64,000 nucleotides of DNA from Eledone cirrhosa (GCA_964016885.1 OZ024761.1:15872001-15936000); one strand, 5' to 3'. Numbered from the stretch's first letter, positions 1 through 14,191 are shown. Made by a program: numbers and translations. Notes: generated by a model from the sequence alone, not told the origin.

Positions 1-224
1 GACCGGGTCCCGCTCATATAGGACTGTCTGGCAGGTTTTCTACGGCTGGATGCCCTTCCTAACACCAACCACATTTACAGTGTGGACTGGGGGCTTTTTA
101 CCGTGTTACCTACACGACCACATTACAGCGTGGACTGGGTATTTTTTTGTCGTGACACCTACATGACCTCTTTAGTTAGGATTGGATGTGTGTGTGTGTA
201 TATGTATATGTTTGTGTGTATATG

Positions 225-255
<31 letters not shown>

Positions 256-343
256 TTTTTTATGTATATGGTGTTTGTGTGTATATGTGTGTGTGAGAGA
301 GTGTGTGTGTGCACAGGTGAAAAAACATGAGGAGGGAACTAAC

Positions 344-517
344 AGGAGTCTGGAAGCAGGAGTGTAGCGCAGTCAGGAATGGATGTTTGGCCGATAATGC
401 TAAAATTCGTTTCTCAGTCATTGTACATTCAACATCGTCATCATGTATTATGACGTCCTTCTTGAGTACTTTCACAGCGTAAACTTCATCTGTGTCCCGT
501 CGTTCGGCTAACATCAC
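344..517 (-). CDS. PRKCE: PKC kinase exon, subdomains II-IV ([58 protein letters not shown])
   Basis: 174 nt, tctcag acceptor, gttagt donor, phase 0-0; catalytic Lys and helix-C Glu; gene continues left of the window. Confidence 0.96.
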
Positions 518-598
518 CTGAGAAGAAAAAGACCAGGTGGAAATAGAAATAGAAAATAAAATAAAACATAAAATATTATCTATTTAATTAATTTAAAC

Positions 599-629
<31 letters not shown>

Positions 630-1014
630 GTCATCATCATCATCATCATCATTATGCTACTCATTGTCATCATTACTGCGTCATACTCAGCATTGCCAAA
701 AAGAAAAAAAATGAATAAAATATTTTTTCTTCTTAACCGTTTAGCATTTAAACCGGCCTTATCCGGCTAGAATTCTCTCACCTCTTTCTGTTCAAACCAG
801 CTGTAATCGGCTGCTCATACCAATGTTAAGGTATTGTCCTCAAATTCCTGTAGCTTCGATATCATGTGAGATAATTATATGAGATAAAGCCTTTACCATC
901 AAAATACAATGGTAAATGCTAAAGGTTTAAATGTCCATATAGGGCTAGTAAGCCATGATGGACTAGGGTAAGTATGTAGTACATCTTACAGTTGAGAAAC
1001 AAAAAAAAAAAGCG

Positions 1015-1044
<30 letters not shown>

Positions 1045-1048
<4 letters not shown>

Positions 1049-1423
1049 AATTCAGCATCAGATATCTTTTTCGCCTTAACTCTCCTGCTCTGAGTCGGTG
1101 CTACAGTAAAGCCAGAGTCCTGGTGTTTCACCAGTGCAAGGTGCATACAATAGTCCACTACGATGATAAAAAGGTAGGGAGCCAATGTATCTCCCTGGAG
1201 CACTCCAGCCAGTATCTCAAAGAACTCTGTCATCCCATTGACATTGCACTCAGTGCTCCTGTGGGAGCCCCTACATGGACACACTGGAAGTGGAAGACCA
1301 AGGTTAACGTATGTTGATGCCCTCAGGACAGACACTGGTCTGTTAGAGACGCAGGACATGGCAGCGATAATGAGGCACAGAGTGAACTCGTCCATGGTTC
1401 TCGGGAATTTTACCCGCCCTAGA
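1045..1423. mobile_element. RTE-like LINE fragment with inversion: RT piece on minus (about 1045-1243), C-terminal/3' piece on plus (about 1240-1423)
   Basis: [19 protein letters not shown]; [21 protein letters not shown], matching 42112-42360. Confidence 0.8.
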
Positions 1424-1464
1424 AATATATACACACACACATATATATATACACACACATATAC

Positions 1465-1495
<31 letters not shown>

Positions 1496-1554
1496 TACAT
1501 GTATATACACACATATATATATATATATTTCTACACACACACACACACATATAC

Positions 1555-1643
<89 letters not shown>

Positions 1644-1700
1644 AGCATATATATACACAAAAAGGATGTTTTTTTAAGTGCGGAGATTGGTTTGACATAC

Positions 1701-1912
1701 CTTACCAAAACTGCCTTTACCCAATACTTTAATAAAATGGAAATCGTTTAGTACAAATCGCTCTCGTTTGGACCGTTCCTGAGATGGACTTCGGTTGGAT
1801 CTTGGATGGTGGTGGTGGTGGTGGTGGTGGTGGTGGTGGTGGTCATCACGGGCTTCGAGATTCTCTCCGGACATTCTAATAGCACGCTCCATGTCCATAT
1901 CATAGTCAGAGT
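1701..1912 (-). CDS. PRKCE: PKC exon: end of hinge with His12 tract, start of kinase domain ([14 protein letters not shown])
   Basis: 212 nt, tttag acceptor, gtatgt donor, phase 1 to 0; glycine-rich loop GKGSFG. Confidence 0.95.
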
Positions 1913-2240
1913 CTAAACAGTGTTGCAGAGAGAGAGAGAGAAATACAACTGTGTATCATTGGATAAGATGAGTGGATGACTTAGAAGTGGGGAATAGGGT
2001 TTCTTCTCTCAGACCCTTCAGATTTACAAACCACATCAAACTTTAATTAATAACACAAACAAACACATACATGACCACATTGGCTGGAACAGGTAAAAGA
2101 TATCTCCGTACACATACATACACACATATATATAGATATATATAGATATATATACATACACATATATGTACACACACACACAACACACACACATATATAT
2201 AAATATATATATATATATATATCTATATATATATATAAAT

Positions 2241-2271
<31 letters not shown>

Positions 2272-2354
2272 CATACACATATATGTACACACACACATAT
2301 ATATAGATATATATAGATATATACATATCTATCTATCTCTATATATATATAAAT

Positions 2355-2385
<31 letters not shown>

Positions 2386-2489
2386 CATACACATATATGT
2401 ACACACACACATATATGTACATACATATATATATACATATCTATCTATCTCTATATATATATAAATACACACACACACACACACATATG

Positions 2490-2521
<32 letters not shown>

Positions 2522-2846
2522 TATATATATATATGTATGTGTGTGTGTATGCATGCAAATATATAATTGCCTTGCAAGGATAAAGAGTACCTATTCTAAC
2601 ACTTGGGTACACACACACACACACATACACACACACACACTCACACACATGTATAAATAATATATTTAAATTCAGTTATGAAAATCAACAAATGTATTGT
2701 TTCACCTGTCATGTGATACACAAGCTGATGTATTGAACATCAGTTGAATGCAAATGATAACAGATGAACTGACCCACAGTTGTAATGTGATATAACTAAC
2801 AGATGTAATGGGAGCGAAAGACAGATATACCAACAGATGAACTGAC

Positions 2847-2891
2847 CCTCAGTTGTAATGTGATACACATAACAAATGTAACATGTCCTGG
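2847..2891 (-). CDS. Candidate 45-nt hinge exon (ARTCYICYVYHITTE)
   Basis: tttcttttacag acceptor, gtcagt donor, phase 1-1, open. Confidence 0.3.
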
Positions 2892-3297
2892 CTGTAAAAG
2901 AAACCTTAAAATATAATATATTTGTATATAAATGTAAAGGCACACTTATATATATATAACTACATATACATATATATAAATACATATAAATATATATACA
3001 CATAAACACACATATACATACAATGAACATAAGTCAAATGCTCGGACTTTTAAACGCTGAGAATATATATATATATCAAGGATGCTGTGCTTAAATGCAT
3101 AGATGCTATAAAATAGCTTATAAAATAAGAGTGAAAACCCTTAAAAAACAGAAAATGTTGGAATTGGAGATATGGAATTCACCATGGAGGCCGATGGCAA
3201 TTTCTTTTTCCATTTTGTGAGTCTTCGCTCTATTTTATAGCATCTATACACTTGAGAACATCATCTTTTATACTTATATGTATATATATATATACAT

Positions 3298-4238
3298 ATA
3301 TTGTTATACTTGGGAAGGGTCATATTGTTGTAATAATATTGCCAGAAATAATAACAGAACACACTCACTGTTTGGTTGGTTTTCGCTTCTGTATCTTTCA
3401 TATCTCCATAGTTAATTTATTTTATATATCACTGATTGACCAACGGTTAGAAATACAGATATAAATATATTTATATTCCGACCTCACACACTTACACCTC
3501 TCCAAGACAATGTCACTGGACCGAGATCTTTGGCGGTACTCAGTAATAGAGTAGATCCGCCTTACCTAAATACAAAGTAAAACCTACTACAGTCAGTAGG
3601 CACCACTAACAAAATACCCCCCCCCCCCCCCACCGCCCCTTTCAATGTAAAGTTATGTTGGTGCCACAACATCCAGGCCGAAACAAATGAGATCGTGTAG
3701 GTGTCACAACACATGCTGTAATCTGGTCGTGTAGGCAACACGGTAAAAACCTCCCAGCCCCACACTGTAAATGTGGTTGGTGTTAGGAAGGGCATCCAGC
3801 TGTAGAAAACCCGCCAGACAGTCCTATGTGAGCAAGACAACCACTCTTGCCTCAAGTGGGAAAACTCCCGTCCAAACCCATGCAAGCGTGGAACATGGAT
3901 GTTAAACGATGATGATGATGATGATGATATATAGTCTATCAAAGTTTTTCGTTGCAAATCTGCAACATCATCAGTGGTACTATTATGTTCCTGCCTATTG
4001 TATTGTATGTCTATGCCATTTTTTAACAGATGGTCAATCAATGATAAACGTTGATTGCCAAATGAATTAACTATAACTATGGAGATATAAAAGATACAGA
4101 AGCAAAAACCAACCAAACAGTGAGTGTGTTCTGTTAGTATTTCTGGCAATATTATTACAACAATATGACCCTCCTCCCCAAGTGTAACAATATTTGTTTC
4201 GACACCCGATTTCATATCAAAAACCTTGCAAAACAAAT
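3298..4238. mobile_element. Inverted pair of PLE-related terminal fragments (3298-3415 minus; about 4065-4238 plus) around an RTE 3' end
   Basis: atgaccctcctcccaagtgtaacaatatttgtttcgacacccgatttcatatcaaaaaccttgc resembles the tail of the 43-45 kb PLE. Confidence 0.6.
3940..3978 (-). ncRNA. Hammerhead core fragment
   Basis: CTGATGA t gttgca-gatt-tgcaac GAAA; stem I partner not evident. Confidence 0.45.
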
Positions 4239-4298
4239 ATATATATATATTAATTAAAAGTTGTTAAGATGGAGTTACTTCACCATATTTGCTTTATT

Positions 4299-4349
4299 GC
4301 ATGACATATATTTCTGTGACATGGTTATGCATGTGACTTCATCAGATGC
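4299..4349 (-). ncRNA. Minimal type I hammerhead ribozyme
   Basis: gcat CTGATGA agtcacatg..catgtcaca GAAA tatatg TC atgc; stem II has a mismatch. Confidence 0.7.
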
Positions 4350-4572
4350 TCATACAAAATATATATATATATATATATATATGTGTCAAACAGATGTATT
4401 ACATTAAATTGTAATATTACGACCATAATACATGCACATTGCACATTTAGACATGCATTATAAAAAAAAATCATATCAGAGAAAAGAAGAACGAAAATAC
4501 TGTGAGCAACTCATCAAGGTGTGTGTGTATGTGCATATATATATATATGTATGTATGTATATATAGATAAGG

Positions 4573-4659
<87 letters not shown>

Positions 4660-4687
4660 ATGTATATATATATATGTATATATATTA

Positions 4688-4728
<41 letters not shown>

Positions 4729-4820
4729 TACACACACACATATATATAAACACGCATACATACATAAATATAAAAAAATGAAGAGTGAAATATCAATTTA
4801 ACAAACATCTATTTTCATTA

Positions 4821-4898
4821 CACATGTTTCACTAGCAGTTCGGCTCAAAACCACTTACGATTACATAAATTCTCTTGCATTACTAGCTCATCAGCTGA
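4821..4898 (-). ncRNA. Degenerate hammerhead
   Basis: CTGATGA gctagta..tgctagt GAAA catg TG; cleavage triplet GUG is non-canonical. Confidence 0.5.
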
Positions 4899-4903
4899 GT
4901 TAT

Positions 4904-4937
<34 letters not shown>

Positions 4938-5055
4938 TACACACACACACACATAACGTGAGAAAGAGTATTACTCAATACCAAGTAGAGTTTAACTCCA
5001 GAGTAACGAGACTCATCATTTAGCCATCAGAATGAAAATATATATAGACACATAC

Positions 5056-5088
<33 letters not shown>

Positions 5089-5180
5089 CATATATATATA
5101 TACACACATACAGACACAAAACATTACTATATGTAAAGTAGATGATTTGTTGCTTGTTACATCTTCTATTACAATTGCAC

Positions 5181-5285
5181 CTACAAAGGCAGCAGCGAGC
5201 CCTATCATTCCTGCAGCTACACTGGAACGGTTGCACTCAGATGCAATCAGTGATTGTACACAGTGACATTTCCCCCAGGATGCAA
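5181..5285 (-). CDS. Candidate 105-nt hinge exon (VASWGKCHCVQSLIASECNRSSVAAGMIGLAAAFV)
   Basis: Unique open island, acacag acceptor, weak gtgcaa donor, phase 1-1. Confidence 0.25.
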
Positions 5286-5400
5286 CTGTGTGTGGTGTAA
5301 GTAAGTATGTATGTATGTATGTATGTATGTATATGTATGTGTACATGTATATATAGATATGTATATGCGTGTGTGTATGTATGTGTGCGTGTGTGAGTGC

Positions 5401-5454
<54 letters not shown>

Positions 5455-5831
5455 TTATTATTATTATTATTATGTGTAATGGGCTTTCTCCACAAATGTC
5501 CCTCCGAAGTCTCCCCCCTATTGGGGAATTTTTCATTGTTATTTTTTTTATTACATCCTCTGTTTTTGTTTTTTACATGCACAAATGCCCATTTGTACTG
5601 TCCTGTACTGTCCTATACTGTCCTTAATGTCTACTTTATGTAAACCCTTGTGGTTAATAAAGAAAGTATTATTATTGTTTATATATATATATATATATAT
5701 ATGTTTTATGTCTTCTTTTCTTTTCTTATATAAATAATAAAAATATTTACACGCACAAAACCCACATCGTACCGTCCTGTGCCATCTGTAATGTTTTTTC
5801 TTGATGTCAGCCCTTGTGGCCAATAAAGAAA

Positions 5832-5835
<4 letters not shown>

Positions 5836-5869
<34 letters not shown>

Positions 5870-6295
5870 GTTCTTTGAGTCTCAGTCATTGATGTTAGTT
5901 AACTGGAAAGTTTGTTGAAATGAATATCAAGCCACTACCTGCAGCCTCAGATATTCAGGACGTATCGGAGGGTTCTTGCTGTTCCCAGCAAGCATGCCTT
6001 TTGAAGCATTCCAAAAAGCGTGGCGGGGCCAATTTTCTTTAACCATCCCTGGAAACTTTTTGAGATAGTACCTAGTGCGCCTATGACAATCGGGACCACT
6101 TTGACTTCATGGCAGTTCCAAATCCTTTTTACCCCCCACTTTAAGTCCTGGTATCGGTTAATTTTTTCCCTCTCCTTCTCTTGCACTCTCGTGTCGAATG
6201 GGCAGGCCACATCCACAATCAGGCACAATCTTTTTTCCTTGCCCAAAACCACCAGGTCAGGTCTATTGTGTTCCAGTTTCTTGTCCGTCTGTATT
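5836..6295 (-). mobile_element. R4/Dong-clade non-LTR retrotransposon 3' end (restriction-like endonuclease) in (TAA)n
   Basis: HNRPDLVV..IVDVACPFD..KEREKINRYQDL..VVPIVIGALG; TAA repeats at both junctions; a second 3' fragment at about 17135-17280. Confidence 0.85.
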
Positions 6296-6602
6296 ATTAT
6301 TATTATTATTGTTGTTGTTGTTGTTGTTGTTGTTATTGTTATTATTATTCTTTTTTTAACATGCAATGGCCATACTCGATAACGCGGGGGCAGCCACCAT
6401 GTATGTATGTGTTTGTGTGCATTGATGTTCACGTAAAGGGGCATCTGTCTGTGTATGTGTATATGTGTATTAGCGTTCACGTTGAGTGGTATGTATGTAT
6501 ATATGCATTAATATTCATGTTAAGTGGTGTGTGCATGTGTATGTTTCTGCTTCTGTATGTGTATAAACATTCATGTAAAGTGTTATGTCTGTCTGTCTTA
6601 GT

Positions 6603-6666
<64 letters not shown>

Positions 6667-7354
6667 AATAACATTCATGTAAAATGGTACATGTGTGTGT
6701 GTGTCTCTGAGTGTGTGTGTGTGTGTCTGAGTGTATGTTTCTCTCTGAGTGTGTGTGTCTCTGAGTGTGTGTGTGTGTCTCTGAGTGTATGCAGTGTGTG
6801 TGTGTCTGAGAGAGTGTGTCTCTGTGTGTATGTGTATGTCTCTCTGAGTGTGTACATGTGTCTCTGACTGTGTATGTGTGTCTCTGAGTCTGAGTATATG
6901 TATGTCTCTGAGCGCGCACACGTGTGTGTGTCTGAGTGTACATGTGTCTCTGAGTGTGTGTGAGTCTGAGGGTATGTGTGTGTGTCTGAGTGTATGTGTG
7001 TGTGTCTGTATCTCTGAGTGTGTGTGAGTCTGAGTGTATGTGTGTGTGTCAGAGAGTGTGTGCACGTCTCTGAGTGTGTGTGTGTGTCTCTGAGTGTGTG
7101 TGAGACTGAGTGTGTGTGTGTCTGAGTCTGAGTGAGTGTGAGTGTCTCTGAGTCTGAGTGAGTGTGAGTGTCTCTGAGTCTGAGTGTATGTGTGTGTGTA
7201 TGTGTCACTGAGTGTGTGTATGTGTCTCTGAGTCTGAGTATGTATGCATGTGTGTGTGTGAGAGAAAGAGAGAGATAGAGAGACTGCACAAACAGACCGA
7301 GCGAATGACAAGGATGCTGTGAGGTGGAGGTGATACTTGAAGGTGGCACCTTAC

Positions 7355-7393
7355 CTAGGGACCGAGAACAAGCTACAAAGTTCTGCAAGATTC
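7355..7393 (-). CDS. Candidate 39-nt hinge microexon (GILQNFVACSRSL)
   Basis: Strong acceptor tttttcttcctgtccctcttcttattttag, AG/gtaagg donor, phase 1-1, unique island between microsatellites. Confidence 0.55.
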
Positions 7394-8896
7394 CTAAAAT
7401 AAGAAGAGGGACAGGAAGAAAAATGGACATTGGTCTTTACATACACACACATTTACATACATACACATTTACATATATACACATTAGATACATACACATT
7501 ACATACATACACATTTACATACATACACATTTACATACATACACATTTACATATATACACATTTACATACATACACATTAGATACACACACATTTACATA
7601 CATACACATTTACATATATACACATTTACATACATACACATTAGATACATACACATTTACATACATACACATTTACATACATACACATTAGATACACATT
7701 TACATATATACACATTAGATACACACACATTAGATACATACACATTTACATACACACACATTTACATACATACACATTTACATACACATTTACATATATA
7801 CACATTTACATACATACACATTACATACATACACATTAGATACATACACATTTACATACATACACATTTACATACACATTTACATATATACACATTTACA
7901 TACATACACATTAGATACATACACATTACATACATACACATTAGATACATTCACATTTACATACATACACATTTACATACATACACATTACATACACACA
8001 CATTTACATACATACATATTAGATACATACACATTTACATACATACATTTACATACACACACATTTACATACATACACATTTACATACATACACATTAGA
8101 TACATACACATTTACATACATACACATTAGATACATACACATTTACATACATACACATTAGATACATACACATTTACATACACACACATTAGATACATAC
8201 ACATTAGATACATACACATTTACATACACACACATTAGATACACACACATTAGATACATACACATTTACATACACACACATTAGATACATACACATTTAC
8301 ATACACACACATTAGATACATACACATTTACATACACACACATTAGATACATACACATTTACATACACACACATTAGATACATACACATTAGATACATAC
8401 ACACATACATTTACATACATACACATTAGATACATACACATTTACATACATACACATTACATACATACACATTTACATACATATATATTACATAATTACA
8501 TACATACACATTTATATACATACACACATTTACATAAATACATGCATTTATACACACACACATTTACATACATACACACATTTACACACACACACATACA
8601 GATTTACATATACAAACTTCACATACAACACACACATATGCATTTGCACACACAGATACACATTTACATACACACACATTTACATACATACACACATTTA
8701 CACATACAGATTTACATATACAAACTTCACATACAACACACACATATGCATTTGCACACACAGATACACATTTACATACACACACACATGCATTTGTACA
8801 CACACATACACATTTACATACACACACACACACAAACACATACACACAGTGTTGACACTGTTGACCCTGCTGTATTTGACTCATTATCATCCTCAC

Positions 8897-8941
8897 CATC
8901 ATCATCATCAGCAATAGCACCAGCATCATCATCTTCAAGTG
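8897..8941 (-). CDS. Candidate 45-nt acidic hinge exon (ALEDDDAGAIADDDD)
   Basis: Phase 1-1, open, gtgagg donor; weak polypyrimidine tract. Confidence 0.35.
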
Positions 8942-8966
8942 CTTTTAGGTTATTTCATTTGCTAAA

Positions 8967-9286
8967 GCTATAATACACATTTCTGTGATGTCAGTCATTA
9001 TTACACAATACTATTACGCAATGATTACCAGGACTTCTTCAAACAGCATTTTAGGTATTTTTATCAAGTCTAGCTGCAATGAAGATTATCTTCAATTTAA
9101 TTTTCCCAGTTGTATTACATACATGGAGAGGGATCTCTGAAGCAGCAACATCGGATACAAGTCCGTTTCCATGTCACTCAGTTGTATTGCCTAAGAAATC
9201 TATTACATAAAATGTTGTGTGAAGAAGTCATTTCAATAATTATGTAATAATGACTGACACCAACCTCAGAAATGCGTATTACAGCA
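8967..9286. mobile_element. Inverted pair of decayed hammerhead-bearing repeats
   Basis: Plus: tgttgt GTGAAGA agtca..tgact..GAAA tgcgta TT acagca; reverse-complementary copy at 8967-9052. Confidence 0.55.
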
Positions 9287-10487
9287 AACTGCATAATAAA
9301 GAGAGAATTGTGGAAATCTAGTCTTCGTATTCATTACTATTGTAAGTATTTTTTCCGTCATGTATTACTACTCAGGTGATTGTACATCATGATTGGAAAG
9401 ATGCATAAAATGTTGAGTGCTTGATTCTACTTACATCATTGTATATTGATTGGGGTGATGCAAATACAATACCAACTACGAATTAGTGAACATTTAATAA
9501 CACAACTATATATACATATATATATACACACACACATATATATATAAATACCTATAGGCACATATATACACACATATATATATGTATACATACATATATG
9601 TATACATACATATATATACATGTATACATATAAACATATATATATATATATATATATACATACACATACATATAAATACACACATTTGTATATGAAAATA
9701 TACACACATACACATACATATATACATATATATCGTGTATACACACACACATATATATATATATATATAGTAGTAGAGGTGCAATTGATCGGCGTTCACA
9801 GGCGGTATGCCAAGATGAGCACTCGATGCTCTTGGGCAGCAGAGTAAGAATAATAATAAATGGGAGAAAAGAATCAATATTGCATCATATACATATTTAA
9901 TTACATATTACATATACTTACACCTCACCAAGACAATGTCACTGGACCGAGACCTTTGGCGGTACTCAGTAATAGAGAAGACCCGCCTTACCTAAATACA
10001 AAGTAAAACCTACTACAGTCAGTAGGCATCTCTAACAAAATAACCCCCCCCCCCCACACACACACACCCCACCCCATCCACACCACCCCGTTCTATGTAA
10101 AGTTATGTTGGTGCCACACCATCCAGGCCGAAACAAATGAGGTCGTGTAGGTGTCACGACAAAAAAAACACACAGTCCACGCTGTAATGTGGCCGTGTAG
10201 GCAACACGGTAAAAACCTCCCAGCCCCACACTGTAAATTTGGTTGGTGTTAGGAAGGGCATCCAGCTGTAGAAAACCCGCCAGACAGTCCACGCTGTAAT
10301 GTGGCCGTGTAGGTAACACGGTAAAAACCTCCCAGACCCACACTGTAAATGTGGTTGGTGTTAGGAAGGGCATCCAGCTGTAGAAAACCTGCCAGACAGT
10401 CCTATGCGAGCAAGACAACCACTCTTGCCTCAAGTGGGAAAACCCCCGTCCAAACCCATGCAAGCGTGGAACACGGACGTTAAACGT

Positions 10488-10515
<28 letters not shown>

Positions 10516-10518
<3 letters not shown>

Positions 10519-10695
10519 ATGTTTCACTGCCGATCAGTTCGGGGAATGATCGAATAGTGTTCGTTCCTGACTCTTGAATCGGAAGTTGACACACGTTCAA
10601 AATGTGAGAACACATATCTGAGGAGCTTCCGATTCAAGAGTCAGGAATGAACATTATTTGATCATTCCTCAAGCTGATCTGTAGTGAAACATATC
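10516..10695. mobile_element. Fold-back with about 70-bp arms; right arm holds CTGAGGA..GAAAcataTC hammerhead-like core
   Basis: Arms 10516-10585 and 10626-10695, embedded in (GAT)n/(ATC)n. Confidence 0.65.
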
Positions 10696-11079
10696 ATCAT
10701 TATCATCATCATCATCATCATCATTTTATGTCTGCTTTTCCTTGCTTGCAAGAGGGTGGGATGGGTCCTTTTCAGCACAGCATCTCTCCATTCGTCACGG
10801 TCGTTTGTCATTCCCTCTTTGAGCTTCAGCGATCTGAGGTCAGCTCTCACCACCTCCACCCATGATTTTTTGTGGTCTTCCTCTACTGTGTTGTCCTTCC
10901 ACTGGGACTTCTTCGCACTTCTTTACCCAGCTGTTATCCCCCATGCACATCACATGTCCATACCAATACTGATTCTTTGTTCCCATTTATTATTATTATT
11001 GATATTCTACTCCCCAAGAGCACCGAGTCACATCTTGACATACCGCCTGTGAACGCAATTCAATTGCTCCTCTACTACC

Positions 11080-11154
<75 letters not shown>

Positions 11155-11340
11155 ATATATATATCTGTACACATACATGTATCAACTAAACTACAGAACT
11201 AAACTAAGCAATGATCTGTTTGCTGTAATGTCAAATATAGTCATGCAATAAAAAAAAAAATAATATATATACATATATATATATATATAATAATAATGAT
11301 AGTAATAATAACAATAAAAATATATGATAATAACAACACC

Positions 11341-11374
<34 letters not shown>

Positions 11375-13361
11375 TAATGATAATGAGACGGAAAAGACTA
11401 AATCATCCTGATAATCACATGACAATATTTGGAGGAATTATTTTCAAAGAGAAAGAGTAAAAAAAGTGACGAAGAATGCAAAAATCTTTGATAACTGTGA
11501 AATCTAATAAGTTAAATATAAAGAATGATACAAATAGACATTTTTTTTTTTAATCTAAAAAAAAATGCACATGCACGAATCACTCCTTCTCTTACAATTA
11601 GCTAACAAGAAAGTTTTTACATGAGTTGAGAATGAGACCCTCTCCCCTTACGCTTTGCTTGTATTCAAATTTGAAACTCTACCCTTTAGTATATACATAA
11701 CTCTATATTTACTATTGTATTTTCACAGTAAATGCTTTACTTCACACACTATTGAATTTATGAGGTTTTAATATTATCTATTTTGAAAACAATACCTTAA
11801 TATTGGTATGAGTGGTTGGTTATGGCTGGTTAGACCAGAAAGAGGTGAGAGAATTCTGGCCGGATATGGCTGGTTTAAATGCTTAAGGTTTAAACCAGCC
11901 ATAATTCTCTCGCCTCTTTCTGTTCAAACCAGCCATAACTGGCTGCTCATACTAATGTTAAGGTATTATTCTCAAAATAAATAATACCAAAATCTCATAT
12001 ATTCAATATTATGCGAGTTAATTATGTGAAATAAAGTGTTTACTGTGAAAATACAATAGTAAATATAATGTAAATGCTAAATTGTTAAAGTGCCCAAGAC
12101 GGCACTTCCTATGATTCTATCAGGAGTTATGGGTCCATTGATACCATTATTTAGTAGAAAATATCTAAAAATGGGTTTGTTAATTCAAATGATGTTTTTT
12201 ATAGCATCTATTTGCTAGTGGACAAATTCCTATGGAAACTTGCAGTAAACTTTCAGACTTTCAGTTTTTAATGTGGGGCAGTCATAGTTGTACTTTTTCA
12301 AGAATGTCTTGTTAATGTAGTATCATGTGGTAGAGGATGTTAAGAGTTAATACCCTTCTTCCAATTACTTTTCTTTATAAATAGGTACACCTACCTAGGC
12401 AAGATGAAACCCCTTCCTCATTCCTCCTTCACCTCCAACACGCAAACACACATATGCATACACATATGGAAACACACACATGCATACACACACACACACA
12501 CACACACAAACATACATATACATACACACACACACAAACATACATATGCATACACACACACACACACAAACATACATATGCATACACAAACACACACAAA
12601 AATACATATGCATACACACACACACACAAACATACATATGCATACACACACACACAAACATACATATGCATACACACACACACAAACACACATACGCATA
12701 CACACACACAAACATACATATGCATATGCATACACACAAACATACATATGCATACACACACACACAAACATACATATGCATACACACACACACACAAACA
12801 TACATATGCATACACACACACACAAACATACATATGCATACACACACACAAACACACATACGCATACACACACACAAACATACATATGCATATGCACACA
12901 CACAAACATACACATGCATACACACACACACAAACATACATATGCATACACACACACAAAGACACATACGCATACACACACACACAAACATACATATGCA
13001 TACACACACACACACACAAACACACATATGCATACACACACACACAAACATACATATGCATATGCATACACACAAACATACATATGCATACACACACAAA
13101 CACACATATGCATACACACACACAAACATACATATGCACACACGCACACACACATACACACACACACACACTCAAATAGATGCTATCCACATACAACTGT
13201 AACACTGCACGCTAAACCTGGACTGAATAATGACTTTGACATCATCTAATAACAGTCATGACAGAGGTAACTCAACCAGGAAAGTTAAATTGTAGATAAT
13301 CTACATTGGAGCTAGATTTGATAAAAATACCAGCTAAATTCCCTCAAGTCACATCTTATTG

Positions 13362-13404
<43 letters not shown>

Positions 13405-13530
13405 GTAGGAGGTGAGTTTTATTGTAGTACAATAAAGCAATGCAGATATCGGATAAGAAGCACTCTACAGTTTGTGGGACTGGAGTATGCATAATATAAG
13501 ATCAAAAGATGGTTAAAGGAGTTCCATATA

Positions 13531-13597
13531 TTTTATTATGCGCATTTCAAAAACAAACATCATCAAGCAATAATATTTGTGTTTTCATCAGATAAAA
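13531..13597 (-). ncRNA. Minimal type I hammerhead ribozyme, mirror copy, sense to PKC pre-mRNA
   Basis: Exact reverse complement of 13730-13796. Confidence 0.85.
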
Positions 13598-13729
13598 CAG
13601 GAGAACATGATATGAAGGCAAAAAAAACACTTGTTGATAGTGCAGTTTTAAATCAACATATCATGATATGTTGATTTAAAACTGCACTATCAACAAGTGT
13701 TTTTTTTGCCTTCATATCATGTTCTCCTG

Positions 13730-13796
13730 TTTTATCTGATGAAAACACAAATATTATTGCTTGATGATGTTTGTTTTTGAAATGCGCATAATAAAA
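13730..13796 (+). ncRNA. Minimal type I hammerhead ribozyme, intact core
   Basis: ttttat CTGATGA [stem II] GAAA tgcgca TA ataaaa; 6-bp stem I; palindromic stem III loop. Confidence 0.85.
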
Positions 13797-13828
13797 TATA
13801 TGGAACTCCTTTAACCATCTTTTGATCT

Positions 13829-13867
<39 letters not shown>

Positions 13868-14099
13868 TGAACACGCAAACACACATATGCATTCACACAC
13901 GGAAACACACATATGCATACACACACACACAAACATACATATGCATACACACAAACATACATATGCATACACACACACACAAACATACATATGCATACAC
14001 ACACACACACAAACATACATATGCATACACACACACACACAAACATACATATGCATACACACACACACACACACACAAACACACATATACGCATACACA

Positions 14100-14191
14100 C
14101 CCCGATGGCTGAGCTGAAGCCGTTTCGACGGCTAATTCTGGACAAAGGTCCAGAATTAGCCGTCGAAACGGCTTGAGCTCAGCCGTCGGGG
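14100..14191. repeat. 92-bp hairpin (44-bp arms, aaag loop) from a dispersed repeat also at about 29440-29495 and 42768-42820
   Basis: ccccgatggctgagct..gac aaag gtc..agctcagccgtcgggg. Confidence 0.75.

Larger units (their letters stand above)
13491..13836. mobile_element. 346-bp perfect palindrome carrying a hammerhead on each arm (PLE pLTR-derived)
   Basis: Centre tca|tga at 13663/13664; right end runs into (TA)n. Confidence 0.85.

Noticed and set aside
6480-13250. Many HT/YI/CV-rich ORFs
   Set aside because: Translations of (CA)n, (TA)n and compound microsatellites
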